Source: Trypanosoma brucei
Taxonomy: Eukaryota
NCBI GenBank assembly: GCA_000002445.1
Contig: CM000208.1
Coordinates: 2,688,001-2,752,000, forward strand
Reading direction: 5' to 3'
DNA length: 64,000 nt
How positions within the stretch are numbered: position 1 is the first letter of the stretch; each line of letters starts with the position of its first letter. The notes beneath the pieces are model-generated. The model was given only the letters and a program-made list of their open reading frames with translations, searched no databases and had not been told where the DNA came from. Made by a program: the position numbers and the translations under genes. Below, piece by piece: positions 1 to 11,200 of the stretch.

Positions 1-1135
1 CTTCTAGATGTCACCATGGGCCATTCCCCACTTTGTCAGGGTATTGGGGGTCAGCATATTAATACGAAACGTATTAGCGCCCGTTGCAAGAACACTCCGC
101 TCGCGAAACAGGTGGAGGAATAATGGGTTTAGCACTCCGTCCATCCGCAGACCCCTGTTGGGTTTAATGCGCCACACGCGTCTTGATCAAACGCTTCAGA
201 GCCCCGAGTGTTTACATCGCAACCTGTTCGTTTTCGGGCGTTTGTGGTGATGGCAAAAATTGAGGTCGTTGCAACCAAGTGCTTCGAAAGGGTCCTGAAC
301 TTTAGAGTCGCTGCTGGCTGTTGGCGGCGTTCCCAGCGGGTTGGCCGTCGGAAACTCTTTCGCTACCGGCGGGAAAGGTGTAAAAAGAGAAGTTAGAGAG
401 GAAGTGCGTGGTGCTCGTCCCACGGTCGCTGGCAACCCTGTAAGTTTTGTGAGCTGAGTGCTACTTGATGGTTGCCCGTTTCCTCTGGACCTTTCCTTAC
501 GCCTCCGTAAAGCATCCGCACATCGGTTGCGTCTCGGTTGTTTTCCCCAGAAGTGGGACGGACCCTCGGGTGTCGTTCGTCTTCGGGAGGCATGCGGGGG
601 GTGAGCCGCTGGGCGGCTGGTGGGGGGTGTCGGGGTTCGCGGCCGGTGCCTCTCCTCCCGGGCGTGAGGTTCTTGAGTTTTCGACTACGGTTTCGACTTA
701 CCTCGTTTGTTTGTGCAGCGTCCGGGGTCTGGGGGATCGGGCGTATTTCCGGTTCCGGTGGGTTTCATATCCTTGTAAAGGGAAACGGTATTGGCCTTCC
801 GTGGGCAGCCCGTGGCCTGAAGCACCGCTTTCCACTATCTGGAGCTGTTGCGCCCCCACCGTGCCACGTCCCTTGACACCTGTTGTGCATGATCGCCAGC
901 TGCTTTGTTAGGCATTCGTTCTTCTGGCTTGCGGTCCGTTGATCGCCCCCTCTTCACCAGCGTCATGCGTGTCCGCATTTATTTATACGTATATACATAT
1001 GCTTGTGTGTATGGGCTCCTCTTTTTCCCCTCCCCTTTGTGATATGCATGTGTTCGTATGCGTGTGTATGCACCCCTGATGGTATTTCTTTGAGTCTCTC
1101 ACGCACAATTTGAAGCCCAAAGACAGTTATGGTAG

Positions 1136-2437
1136 ATGCAACGGTATGGTTCCCTGAAGCCGTCTTTACCGCTGCTGTGCCAGGCCACTTGCGCATGGCA
1201 CGCGGCTCTTCAACACTACTGGCGGGCACTGGTTGAATGTGGATCCTCCCTCACACTGGAGCATTCTCAAAGGATAGGATTGTTATATTTAAAGCATGGT
1301 AAACAAAGCCAACTCTACTACTGGACGAAGCTTTTTAGCTCGGAAGGTGTGCCCGCTTGCGCTCTTTTGTTGAAAGCCCTTGTTAGACAAGATATGTGGC
1401 GGTGCGCTATTGGCCTTTGGGTGTGGAATCCAAGTGGGACTCTCTGTGACTCTCTGGTGGGTGAGTTGATGGCGGAATCAATGTGGAAACAGTCTCTGCA
1501 AGTGGTAAATCACCTTTTGAACATTAGGAAGCTGAGTTGTGGGGATGCGATATCTATCGACGACCACGTTGGAGAACCTGATGGAACCACTGAAAGGTTC
1601 GTAGTCGGTCCTAGCGACACTATGCGGGTGGCATACGACCCAACTTTTGTGCCGGTGGAGGAATGTGGGATGTCCAGTGGATTATGCCACCTCATTACCA
1701 GTTTGTACCCTACTAGGTCTCAGTGGCATCAGGCTGTTTGCCTCCTGGTGCAGCTTAGTGAAAGCGGGACTTCGGCAGACACAGCAAAAGAATTATTGGA
1801 ACTCGCTGCTGCCAGGTCGGCCTATCAAGGGCGACGATTTGAAGATGTATTTAAATGGTCTTTAAGATGTCGATATGTTCATACTTCCTGTTCGCTGCAG
1901 CGCACCCTTTTGCGTGCGGCGATCGCTGTGTCCTGTTGGGAGGAAGCATTTGCAACGTTGGACAAACTGGTTATGCGTCGGGTGGAGGAAGTTCCTGTGA
2001 TTACCCTGTGTGAGCTTTGCAGGGGTTTTATGAAAGAGTACGGGCAGGGAAAACATGTAAACCTATTGGATAAATTTTCTACTATCATAATGAAGTGTTG
2101 GGAGCTTTTCCGTACCGAAATGAAGTTGGAGATTAAGAGTTTTTTTGAGTTTAACGCCGTTGACACAGGTGCGTTGGAGGTTGATTCGTTTAGTAATGAG
2201 TTCGTTGTTTCTGGGGCGGATGGGAAATCACTTTGTGGGAGCCGATACCCCATAAGTGTGACTGACATGGATAAGCTAACTAGTTTGTTGTTAAATAAGG
2301 GACATTGGAAGGCGGCGCTGCACCTGTTAAGTAAGTTTAGTGAATCTGAATGGTCAAACGAGAGAGAAAAAGTGATCGTCAATGCCGCACGAGCCTCGAT
2401 GAGGTGTTGGGAGACTGCACTGTTATTTGTCAGCTAG
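1136..2437 (+). CDS. hypothetical alpha-helical repeat protein (PPR/TPR-like hairpin repeats?)
   Basis: ATG-initiated 433-aa ORF on the transcribed strand. Recurrent helical motifs (CWEEAFATLDKL, GHWKAALHLLSKF, MRCWETALLFV) are reminiscent of pentatricopeptide-type repeats; no family firmly recognised. Confidence 0.45.
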   Translation: MQRYGSLKPSLPLLCQATCAWHAALQHYWRALVECGSSLTLEHSQRIGLLYLKHGKQSQLYYWTKLFSSEGVPACALLLKALVRQDMWRCAIGLWVWNPSGTLCDSLVGELMAESMWKQSLQVVNHLLNIRKLSCGDAISIDDHVGEPDGTTERFVVGPSDTMRVAYDPTFVPVEECGMSSGLCHLITSLYPTRSQWHQAVCLLVQLSESGTSADTAKELLELAAARSAYQGRRFEDVFKWSLRCRYVHTSCSLQRTLLRAAIAVSCWEEAFATLDKLVMRRVEEVPVITLCELCRGFMKEYGQGKHVNLLDKFSTIIMKCWELFRTEMKLEIKSFFEFNAVDTGALEVDSFSNEFVVSGADGKSLCGSRYPISVTDMDKLTSLLLNKGHWKAALHLLSKFSESEWSNEREKVIVNAARASMRCWETALLFVS

Positions 2438-2535
2438 GTTTGCTGTTATCGTAATTAATGTTACTAATAATATTACACTTAGTGTTACAGCTATCACATG
2501 CACGTATGTACTCGACAGCATCGCTGCACCTATTA

Positions 2536-2537
<2 letters not shown>

Positions 2538-2568
<31 letters not shown>
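2538..2568. repeat. (TA)n microsatellite
   Basis: Directly visible, about 15 units. Confidence 0.95.
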
Positions 2569-2574
<6 letters not shown>

Positions 2575-2849
2575 TTTACATGCATACATATTTTCAAATT
2601 CGCTCCCTTTCGATACGACATCATGAATATTTCCGCGGCGTTTCATCCAGATGTTGAAGACATTTTCAAAACTTTTACCATTTTCCTTCGTGTACTTCTA
2701 TCAATGCGATCTAATTTAACTGTCTATTGGTTTTCCCTCTATGCTAGCATACCGAGGAAGGCATCCGGTGAGTGAAACAGCTAAATAATTCTAAGACAAC
2801 AAGTGTTATATTCTTTAAGGGGGTGGAGAACGTTACTCAAGCAAATTTA

Positions 2850-3230
2850 ATGTCTCACTACCTTTTGGTCACTTTCACGTTCAACTGTCCTGAGATACGT
2901 ATTTTGGGCCCCATCAAGGAACAAACAATTGAAAAGCTGAATGATGTGATCCCCAACGCTACCACGACGTCGAGGAGCAACAGAACTGCATTGCCCAAGT
3001 TTGAGTACCTTCCCAACCCCAACCACTGGTACATTAAGCTTGACAGACAGTTTTGCGACGAGGATGGAAAGTCCCACCTGATGGTCCTTTTGTTGGATGC
3101 ACTTTCAGAGGAAGGGTCGTGGCGATTGGTTTCGTCATTTGTTACGAAGGAACCCAGTGGAACTGGTTCTAAGGAAGGCACAGAAACGCATACGCTGTTT
3201 CTAAATAAACTTCTTGCTGAGGATAGCTGA
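2850..3230 (+). CDS. small hypothetical protein (126 aa)
   Basis: Track ORF 2772 starts at GTG; the first in-frame ATG is at 2850. Non-repetitive globular-looking composition on the coding strand. Only 335 bp from the upstream gene, so uncertain. Confidence 0.3.
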   Translation: MSHYLLVTFTFNCPEIRILGPIKEQTIEKLNDVIPNATTTSRSNRTALPKFEYLPNPNHWYIKLDRQFCDEDGKSHLMVLLLDALSEEGSWRLVSSFVTKEPSGTGSKEGTETHTLFLNKLLAEDS

Positions 3231-3566
3231 TATTTTGCTCCTTTCGCTCCCCTATTTTTTACTCAAAGAAAATACGAGTCAAAAATGATGAAAGGGGAAA
3301 GGAAAAGCAACAAAGAGATTGAAGAAAAGTCAATGTATTTATACATGTTATGTGGGATATTATATGGTAGGGAAGTGATGTATTGAGGACGCTTTTTTTT
3401 TCTTTGTTTTAATGAGGAGCTAAAAAGATAGAGAGAAAAGAAAAAAAGGAGGAATTGCCTTCGTTAGCTCAATTGGGCATGATTTATGTTCCCATTTAGT
3501 TGACATAAATTTGCACCTTATTTCTTACCACCGGGAGGCGAGTGAGGATGCGAGGGACATGAATGG

Positions 3567-3646
3567 TTTTCTTCTTTTTCCTTTTCTTAACTGCGCCTTT
3601 TCTTGCTTTTCGTCTTATTGGCGTGCGTCAGTCTGAAAATAGTTAG
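3567..3646 (+). promoter_or_regulatory. poly-pyrimidine tract + AG: putative trans-splice acceptor region for IFT57
   Basis: C/T-rich run 3567-3620 followed by AG dinucleotides 25-45 nt upstream of the ATG. Kinetoplastid mRNAs are matured by SL trans-splicing guided by such tracts. Confidence 0.4.
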
Positions 3647-3670
3647 GTGGGTAAAAACATTAATAAAAAA

Positions 3671-4912
3671 ATGAGCGAAGAGACACAACCCCAATCTACA
3701 GAACCTAAAGGTTCTGGAAGTGGTGTCATCATTGATGATGGTACAATGGATGATCTGATCGATAAACTCAGGATTTTACGATATGAAACCGAATTTTGTC
3801 CCCGTGTCAAGCCCCCATTCAAACCCTTGAGCAAGTATTACTTTTCGGGACCCTCTACCATTGATAACCCTAACGCCCAGTTCTACTATTTCACGTCTCT
3901 GTGCTCCTGGTTAATGGGTTTATCCGGTCGTAATTTTGAACCTCCGGGGCAGTTTGACGATCCGAATGCTACGGCTACCAATATATTAATGGAGTTACGT
4001 GGGATGAACATAACAGCACCTAACCTTGCGCCTAATCGGTTGCGCCAAGCAAGTGGTGAAGCAGTTCTGACTGTGCTTTCGCTTCTCGCTGATCACGCTA
4101 TCCTCAGTAAAGGTTTAAGCATTCGTGCTATTGACTACAGTAATATTGAAAAGTTCGATGAGTTGGAAGGGGCCACGGATGGTGACGAGAATTATGGAAT
4201 TGGTGATGAGGTGGAGGATAATGTGATGATCGATAGCGACGATGACGATGAGTTATACGTTCGTGCTGTTGGGGGGAAGTCAGGGAAAGAAGACACAGGG
4301 ATACCTGTGGAGTCAGAAATTAATGCAGATGAATGGAATCTGGAAGTGGAGCGCGTTGGACCTTTGCTTCATGTAAAGTCAGAGGCGATACAAGATTGGC
4401 GCTCTCGCATTGAAAACGCCGCAATTCTTTTGAAAGCTGTTGAGAAAATGTATCCAGAGGTAAGGCAAATGCTTCAGAGGATGAGTGATGATTTAGAGAA
4501 ATCCAAAGACCGCATTCAGAAACGTGAGCAGACGCTCGCTCAGCAGTTTTCCGATCAAGTTGAGGATTACCGTGTGAAGCTGCGGGAGCTGAACTCTTCT
4601 CAAGATGCCGCAAATATAGCAAGTCAGAGCGTTCAACAACTTTCAGCTGAGTTAAATCAAGTAAGTGGATTGCTGGACCAGGTAAAGCGGGATATCGAAG
4701 AAAGAGAGGCGAAACTATCAGATACATCTCCATTGATGCAAGTAAAGGATGCTGCTGTGAAGGTAAGGGCCGAAATCAAGCAAATGTCTTTAAGAATTGG
4801 TATTTTGCAACACACAGTCCTCCACTACGTAATGAAACAAACAAAGGCAAAACGAGAGGGTACAGCCAATACCTCTGGTGGTGATGAGTGGGAAGAAACG
4901 GATTATATGTAA
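3671..4912 (+). CDS. IFT57: intraflagellar transport protein 57 (IFT57/HIPPI)
   Basis: Track ORF 3647 is GTG-initiated; first ATG at 3671 (MSEETQ). Strong recalled similarity to IFT57 N-terminal block (DKLRILRYETEF..KPPFKPL..YYF..NAQFYYF..DDPNATATNIL) and C-terminal coiled coil (EWNLEVERV, RIGILQHT). A poly-pyrimidine tract plus AG lies just upstream. Confidence 0.88.
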   Translation: MSEETQPQSTEPKGSGSGVIIDDGTMDDLIDKLRILRYETEFCPRVKPPFKPLSKYYFSGPSTIDNPNAQFYYFTSLCSWLMGLSGRNFEPPGQFDDPNATATNILMELRGMNITAPNLAPNRLRQASGEAVLTVLSLLADHAILSKGLSIRAIDYSNIEKFDELEGATDGDENYGIGDEVEDNVMIDSDDDDELYVRAVGGKSGKEDTGIPVESEINADEWNLEVERVGPLLHVKSEAIQDWRSRIENAAILLKAVEKMYPEVRQMLQRMSDDLEKSKDRIQKREQTLAQQFSDQVEDYRVKLRELNSSQDAANIASQSVQQLSAELNQVSGLLDQVKRDIEEREAKLSDTSPLMQVKDAAVKVRAEIKQMSLRIGILQHTVLHYVMKQTKAKREGTANTSGGDEWEETDYM

Positions 4913-7152
4913 TATACATACATATTATTGCTACCTGCTTCGAGCGGTGACGAACTGACATCAAGTTTATATGATTGGTCGTTTTGGTTGGATAGAACCG
5001 TTCCCATTTGTGGGCAAGACATTGCTTCTGCGGGGGGGGGGGGTGGGTGGCGGTCAACAAACCTGGGAGGCTATTAGAGATTTGAACAAAGACACAAGGA
5101 ATAATCTGAAACGTGAGAATGTGTCCGTCATAATCATTTGTCGCTCGGGGACGCCTACCCTTTTTATGTTATTTCTTTTTCTCTGTAGCTTTTGCTTTGG
5201 TGGAAACAAAAACGCTAACACAAGATTAAGTATAAATGTACTTTTTTATCAGCTTGTAGACGTCGAATATTTCCTTGTTTTTGCTGATTTCTGTTATGGG
5301 TGCCACTATGCATCAACAACTGAGAAGGAGAGGATGCTGGACATAGTGCTGGCGGAGGAGGGCAAATACGGCAGCGACGAAAGACAGCCATATTATCGTT
5401 GTTGGGCATTTTCATTCTCCCTTGAAGCGTGGATGAGATGGTTGACGTGGCGTGTGCCGACGGTTGAAGGGAAAGTACGCTTTGGCGCATCATAAGCGAC
5501 CACAATTTGTAGGGCATGGGTCCACTTGCGTGGTGCCCCGATGAGCTTTTGCTTTATGCGTGTGAGTTTGGTGGTGCGCTTGTTGCTTGTAGATATAGCG
5601 TTTCTGTATCGGTCGAGTATTTGTGTTTGTGCGTGTAGGGGGTGTGGAGGGTGTCAGCTCCTGGCTGAAGCCAATGCTCTAAGCAACCGAACGCATGCGC
5701 ACACGCATATACACACTCAGGGATCCCTTAAAAAAAGGTATGCAGTCCGAAGGCATTGATATAGTAGACGGTGGACAGGGGGTTGGTAAACTGCAGTTCA
5801 CAAAGAAAACAACGGGGAAAATGCTTTTTATCTTGCGTATGATTCTAGAACGTGTTATTTTTCAGTGGACAAGCTGACGTAGGATCTCGGGCAGCATGTT
5901 AACGCCCGCGGGTAAATGCAATGGACAAGCGAGGAAAGTGACGATTCAAGAATGCAAGGGGATTCTGCTTAATACCCAACGGTGTCCGCGCCGGAGACTA
6001 CTTGTTTCTGACAGAGGTGCTGCTCCTTTCCTACTACAACACCAAACATCCTTAAACTCTTCAGGAAAATGCACTATTTTTGCGTGAGGCACTTATAGCC
6101 ACTTTCATAGTACATCGGTGAATGAGTGACTACATATATCTTTCGATAGTGGTGGGAAGGATTTTCTAAGCCTGTTTTTTTATTTTCGGAACTTTCATAG
6201 TTTTTCTGTTCGATCGCGACCTTTCAAGCTGGGTCAAAAACTTTACGAGTTTTTTTTCTTTTTCGTAAGAGTGACCTGTTTTTAGCGAGGAGTAAAAACG
6301 GTCATTGCGATCGTGGTTTGTGTGATATAGGAAACCCAAGACCACTGCGATATTTTAGTCACCTTTGCCGTGTTAGCGCTTCGACGGTGTGGTGCATCAC
6401 TGCCGTTGCGGCAGGTGTGAGGGTATGATTTTTTTACCTTTCAAACGATGTATGTGCGTCCTTGGTATTATGCCGCCCTTCCTACCATTTTGGTTTGGTT
6501 TCCCGTCCGTTACCGAGTAGGCGCCGGTGGTAGGTTAATGTGGTGGCAAGGAAAGACTACCCGTTACAAAAGTGTGAGTTGGTGAAGGGTAATAACACCC
6601 TGTTAAATCCATCGATGCACTCATTTCCATTAGGTGTGGTCTTTTAGAGGGGTAGGGAGAGCCTTTAAATGTTTTATTTGCTTATTTTTGTTCGTGCTCC
6701 GGCAACCAGTTTTCCGCATGTTCCTTCTGGAGGTGTTTACACGGGCCGGTAATCATGTAGCCTCTTGCGTCTGGAAAACATTTGCATGTTTGGGATTGGT
6801 TCCTGTTTTGTTTTGTTTTGTTTTGAGCTTCTTGGTCGTCCGCATTGTTGTTTGGGGTACCCGGGTGCTGTAAGTGGAGGAGTTTTGGTATTCCTTCCGT
6901 GTATGATGGGTTATATTTACCTGGGGTTTTGTGGGTGTACAGCAGTATCCCATGTCGGTGCACTGGGTATCACTGCGGTTATGCACGCCAGGGAAAGCCT
7001 TTTTCTTCTTCAGCTGGATATTTTCATAATGTGTTGCTGCGCATAAGGACTGAGCTTGGAGGAAACAAATGTTGGGTATCTGTGTATTGTGAACTTTTTT
7101 GTCTTCTGCTGTGTTCATACATCACCTGTGGTGTTCCATTAGGAGGGGTGTG

Positions 7153-7839
7153 ATGTCCAAAAAGGAAGCAATATCGACACCTCGAAAAAGCAAGAAGGCT
7201 GAAGTTGTCATTGAGGGGTGTGTGACAATCGGGTCGAAGCAATTGCTACCGTCGGCCCTGGATGAATCAAGACGTGAACAACTTTCTAAGCAGTTTGACG
7301 ATATCATCGAGGCCCATGTGGCCATAGATGGTGGGATTGCTGATCCGGTCGCTGCTAAGATAAAGGAGCTGCCTACGTTATCCGTTGGGTTCATCGCTCG
7401 AGCCATGGGGCTCAACCTGTCAAACGATCAGGTGCTTAGCTTGGTTGAGATGGTGGAGGAGAGAGACACTGTTTCCAGGGGTTGTGTGCCTGTGGGTCCA
7501 TTGAAGGAGATAATTGTGGGAGCGCTCATGAGCGGCGTAATCACCCGTCAGGATTCTGTAGCACCAACAAGTAACCGGAAGAAGCGCCACAGTGTCTCGG
7601 AAAACCGTCCCCTGATGCACGTTTCGCGCGACAGCGAAGAGCTCATATATGCAGCTTTCCGAACTCTGGACGTCGGTAATCGTGGCTACATGGAAGCTGA
7701 GGAATTGCGCCACCTCTTTCGCAGCGGCTTGGAGCCATTCACTGATGAGGAAATGGAAAATATGATCGCGGCAGCCGCCGATCCACAGAATGGTCTTATC
7801 TTCTACGAGGATTTCGTCGACGTCCTAGCCAATGAATAG
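7153..7839 (+). CDS. EF-hand domain protein
   Basis: Track start 7099 is TTG; first ATG at 7153 (MSKKEA). C-terminal EF-hand-like loop DVGNRGYMEAEE followed by FYEDFVDVL. Confidence 0.55.
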   Translation: MSKKEAISTPRKSKKAEVVIEGCVTIGSKQLLPSALDESRREQLSKQFDDIIEAHVAIDGGIADPVAAKIKELPTLSVGFIARAMGLNLSNDQVLSLVEMVEERDTVSRGCVPVGPLKEIIVGALMSGVITRQDSVAPTSNRKKRHSVSENRPLMHVSRDSEELIYAAFRTLDVGNRGYMEAEELRHLFRSGLEPFTDEEMENMIAAAADPQNGLIFYEDFVDVLANE

Positions 7840-8251
7840 TTTTGTGCGTGTGCAATTCATCAACCACAATACCTGCCTCGCGTACATGTTTCTGAACGTA
7901 TCAAGTGGCTGCCTTGCTATTTTTTTTTTGTTAGAGGAGTATCCTTTTGGTGCAACCAAGGGACCAAATAGGTTGCGGCACATGCCCTCGTAAACATTTT
8001 TTTTTCTGGTCGACTGTATGTCACGAGACCCATTTGCATCACAGGTTCACTGGGCTTTTTGTGTGCCCAGTTATCTTTTTTCACATTTAGTCTTTCCCTC
8101 CTCTATTTTGTGACCTAAATAAGAAGTTACTGATTATAGGGATCTGGTAAGGGAGGGCCGTGTGAGTGTTTTGCCGTACAAAACCACTCCGCACAGTATA
8201 GAAGCGGCAGCCGCCACTTGCCCATCGTACCGACAGGACGAACTCGGCAGG

Positions 8252-11200
8252 ATGATGCGTCGTATGACTGCAACTGCCGTGGTTCCGCTCATACCGAGAG
8301 CGCAGAGTCGTGCCACAAGCTGTTTCACTGGGAATGGCGATAATCGGAACGGCAATAAGGCCGGAAGAAATGACGTTTCCAAGGGGCCGTACGGGGGACG
8401 ACCGTATGATGATATCGTGTCCAGTGTTGATGTGGATGGGGAGCGGCTCCGAGGGTCAGTGAGTTGCACCTTGAAGAAGGCGCAAACTGGGCCGTCCAGG
8501 TCGAAGTATGTACTCTCAGATGCGCGAGGAGGGGTGCTACGCGAGTGTGGGACAAAAACTGAGGCTAGTAATGAACTGGGCCGCGAAAACCTAAGGGAAG
8601 AAAATAAGAAGGAGGAGCGGATGCTTTCGAAAATAAAGAAAAAGTGCGACGTCATCAGTCAGCCTAAGCGGAAAACCTTTATCCTTACGAGCAATTTTTC
8701 TAACCGATATGCCATAGAAAACGATAACAAGAACCATTCTGATAACGATGAAGATGTTACTCGCATTTACAGCTATAACGAGGTGGAGCAGGCGGGTAAC
8801 AAGTGCCGTCCGAGGCAGGGGGATGCGACATTCTCCAAATCATCTCCTTCACCCACTGTGGGTGTAAACTCTGTCGTCAAGCGCGAGATGATGAGGGAAA
8901 GAAGAGGGAAGGAAAAACATTGTGGCGATTCGGCAGTGCTCTCCGATGCTGGCGCGGTTGCGGACCGGGGTCCCGGATGGGGGAATGCAACATCATCTGA
9001 GAACGACAAGATCACCGAGATGCAAAGGTACGAAGGATATGTTGGCAAGAGAAGCTCTGGTAGCATTGTAAAAGACGCTGATGAATCGCACTTAAAAGAC
9101 AACGGCTACGAAGAAGACGATGATGAATTTGCGGCCAGCTCTGCAGTTTCTGTCGACAAGTTCAGAAGGGTAAAGAACCACCCCTTTTTCGATGACTTGC
9201 TGCGCCGCATCGAAAAAAATGCTGCACGGCAGCGGCAACAGATTAGGGCAGCGGGTCATTACAACTTAGATGCCGTTAATCTGTGCGTACGACCTCTATT
9301 ACAGCTCACTGACTATCCGTTCACCCTCGCAGAGTTGCATCAAATGGCCCCGTTCATATATCCCAATCTTCTCAAGGGCTCTCTGTCGGATTTAAAGGCG
9401 TGTCGCCGCCTTCACCTGTTTCACTCAGCCGATACCGACGTTATCCTAGATTGGTCCGTGGAGGATTTTCTCCGCCGACGATATGAAAGTATTCACCTTT
9501 CGTGGGAACCTGTAAAGATAGTCATGATGAGATTTGGGTGGGACCATGAGATCATGTCAGACCGTGATTGTCTTCTTTATCTTTCCAAGTTTATGGAATA
9601 CATCGAGCTTGCACAGCTAGAGCTAAGCGCAGGAGACGAAAAGCCTAGCGCCGTCGCTATCGAGGATCCTGTGCGGACGGCGGAGCAGCGCCCCATCCCC
9701 GTGTCACGACTTTTGGTGCGACGTAAACCGTCCGAAGAAACGGAGCCATCCGTAACTGAAGCGATTAGGCTTATGGGTACCCCCGCGCTTTGGAGCCCTT
9801 CAAGATCAAAGAAGGCGAGGACAGTCGACAAAGAAAGCGTTGAGGGCGTATTTGAGTGTATCCAACGAGAGGCTGCAGACGTTGACGGAGACGAGGGGTC
9901 ACGACTACGCCACGGTGTGGAGGTGGTTGCACCCTTGCAACAGGCAAGGAACCCGTCGGGGCGCAGCATCAGGGATTTCTCACTTGGCAAAAGAAGAGCC
10001 ACAATGATTAATGATGATGTCCCGAAAAGTTTTGGTATCGCGGGAGGGAAGCCATTTGATGGCGACAACCACATCTACACTCCGGAATCGTACGAGGCAC
10101 TCAGCAATGCTTATCACAAAAAAAAAGTGGAGGCATCTTTGCTGCGTCGTCGCCTCCTTGCAACGAGCAGCATTGACTGCGCTAGTGAGTTGCAGGAGAA
10201 ATTGTTTCAAGTGCAAAAAGATCTCTCTCGCCTGAAGGACCGCCTGGAAAAGATGCGGCAGTTGCGCCGAATGGAAGGGGGAGATGTTGAGCGTCACGCT
10301 TCTGTGGAGATTGAGGGTGATGATCATGGTGCAAACGCTCGCTGGATGGAAAGAAAGAACTGTCCGATCCCAAAGGTTGCAGCAGCCGGAGTGGGGGTGG
10401 GGGATGAAATCAGTGCCGGTGATGAACCTGTTTCGGTTTTTACCGGTGAGTTCGAAGCAAATCAACTAAACACAAGCCAGCAGAGGGGAAAAAACTGTAA
10501 TGTCGCTGGAGATAACTTCGAGGAAGAGGGTTTCACAACGCTACCGGTGTGTGTGGCTGAAAAGGGTACCAAACGTGTGGTGCAAGCCAGATTGTCGGAT
10601 GGGCGTGAAATCCAATCGTTATCTTCAGCGGCGATCCAACTGAAGCGAGAAATAGAATTAGCCCGTGAAAAGCACCGGCGGGAGGAGGAGAGTCTCATGA
10701 AAAAAATGGATGAGGCTTTGTCGACACTAGTCAAAATAGAGATGACCATGAAAAACCTTGCTGAGCGTGAAAAGGAGGAAGCATTGATGGAGGAGGAGCG
10801 ATGCCGACTGGAAAAAGAGCGAAAGGATGAAGCAATCAAAAGGATGAGACGAGAAGAAGCTGAAGCGCGTGCTCGAGCCATGGAGCACGAACTTCTTCGT
10901 AAGCACGAAGAACGCTTGAAACTCCTAAACATGCGGCGCGAGAAGGCACAGCAAGCGCAGCGTGATGCAGAACTCGAACTGGAGCGTCAAAAAAAGGAAG
11001 AACAGGAGGCCTTGGAGGCTGAGGCCGAACTTCAGCGGAAACTGGATGAGGCTAAATCCATGATATGGAGTGACAAAGCAGCGGGCGAGATGCCCGTTAA
11101 GGACCAAGTCGTACATGCTGTTGAGAGGGAGTGTACCCCCGTTTTCTCCGGCGACGCAGACGGTGAGGGCTGCTGTCGTGTTGCATCAGAGGAGATGAAA

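Noticed and set aside
8-911. GC-rich overlapping ORFs at the window start (8-250, 465-911, 538-876) and a 40-codon open frame from position 1 to 120
   Set aside because: Gly/Arg/Pro-rich with multiple frames open simultaneously, which indicates a compositional artefact. The open frame from position 1 to 120 could be the last 40 codons of an upstream gene, but that cannot be supported from 120 nt.
6101-6201. Direct repeat actttcatagt at 6101-6111 and 6191-6201
   Set aside because: An 11-mer recurring once within a 2-kb spacer is compatible with chance (expected ~0.015 for a given 11-mer, but many 11-mers were implicitly tested). No further structure around it.
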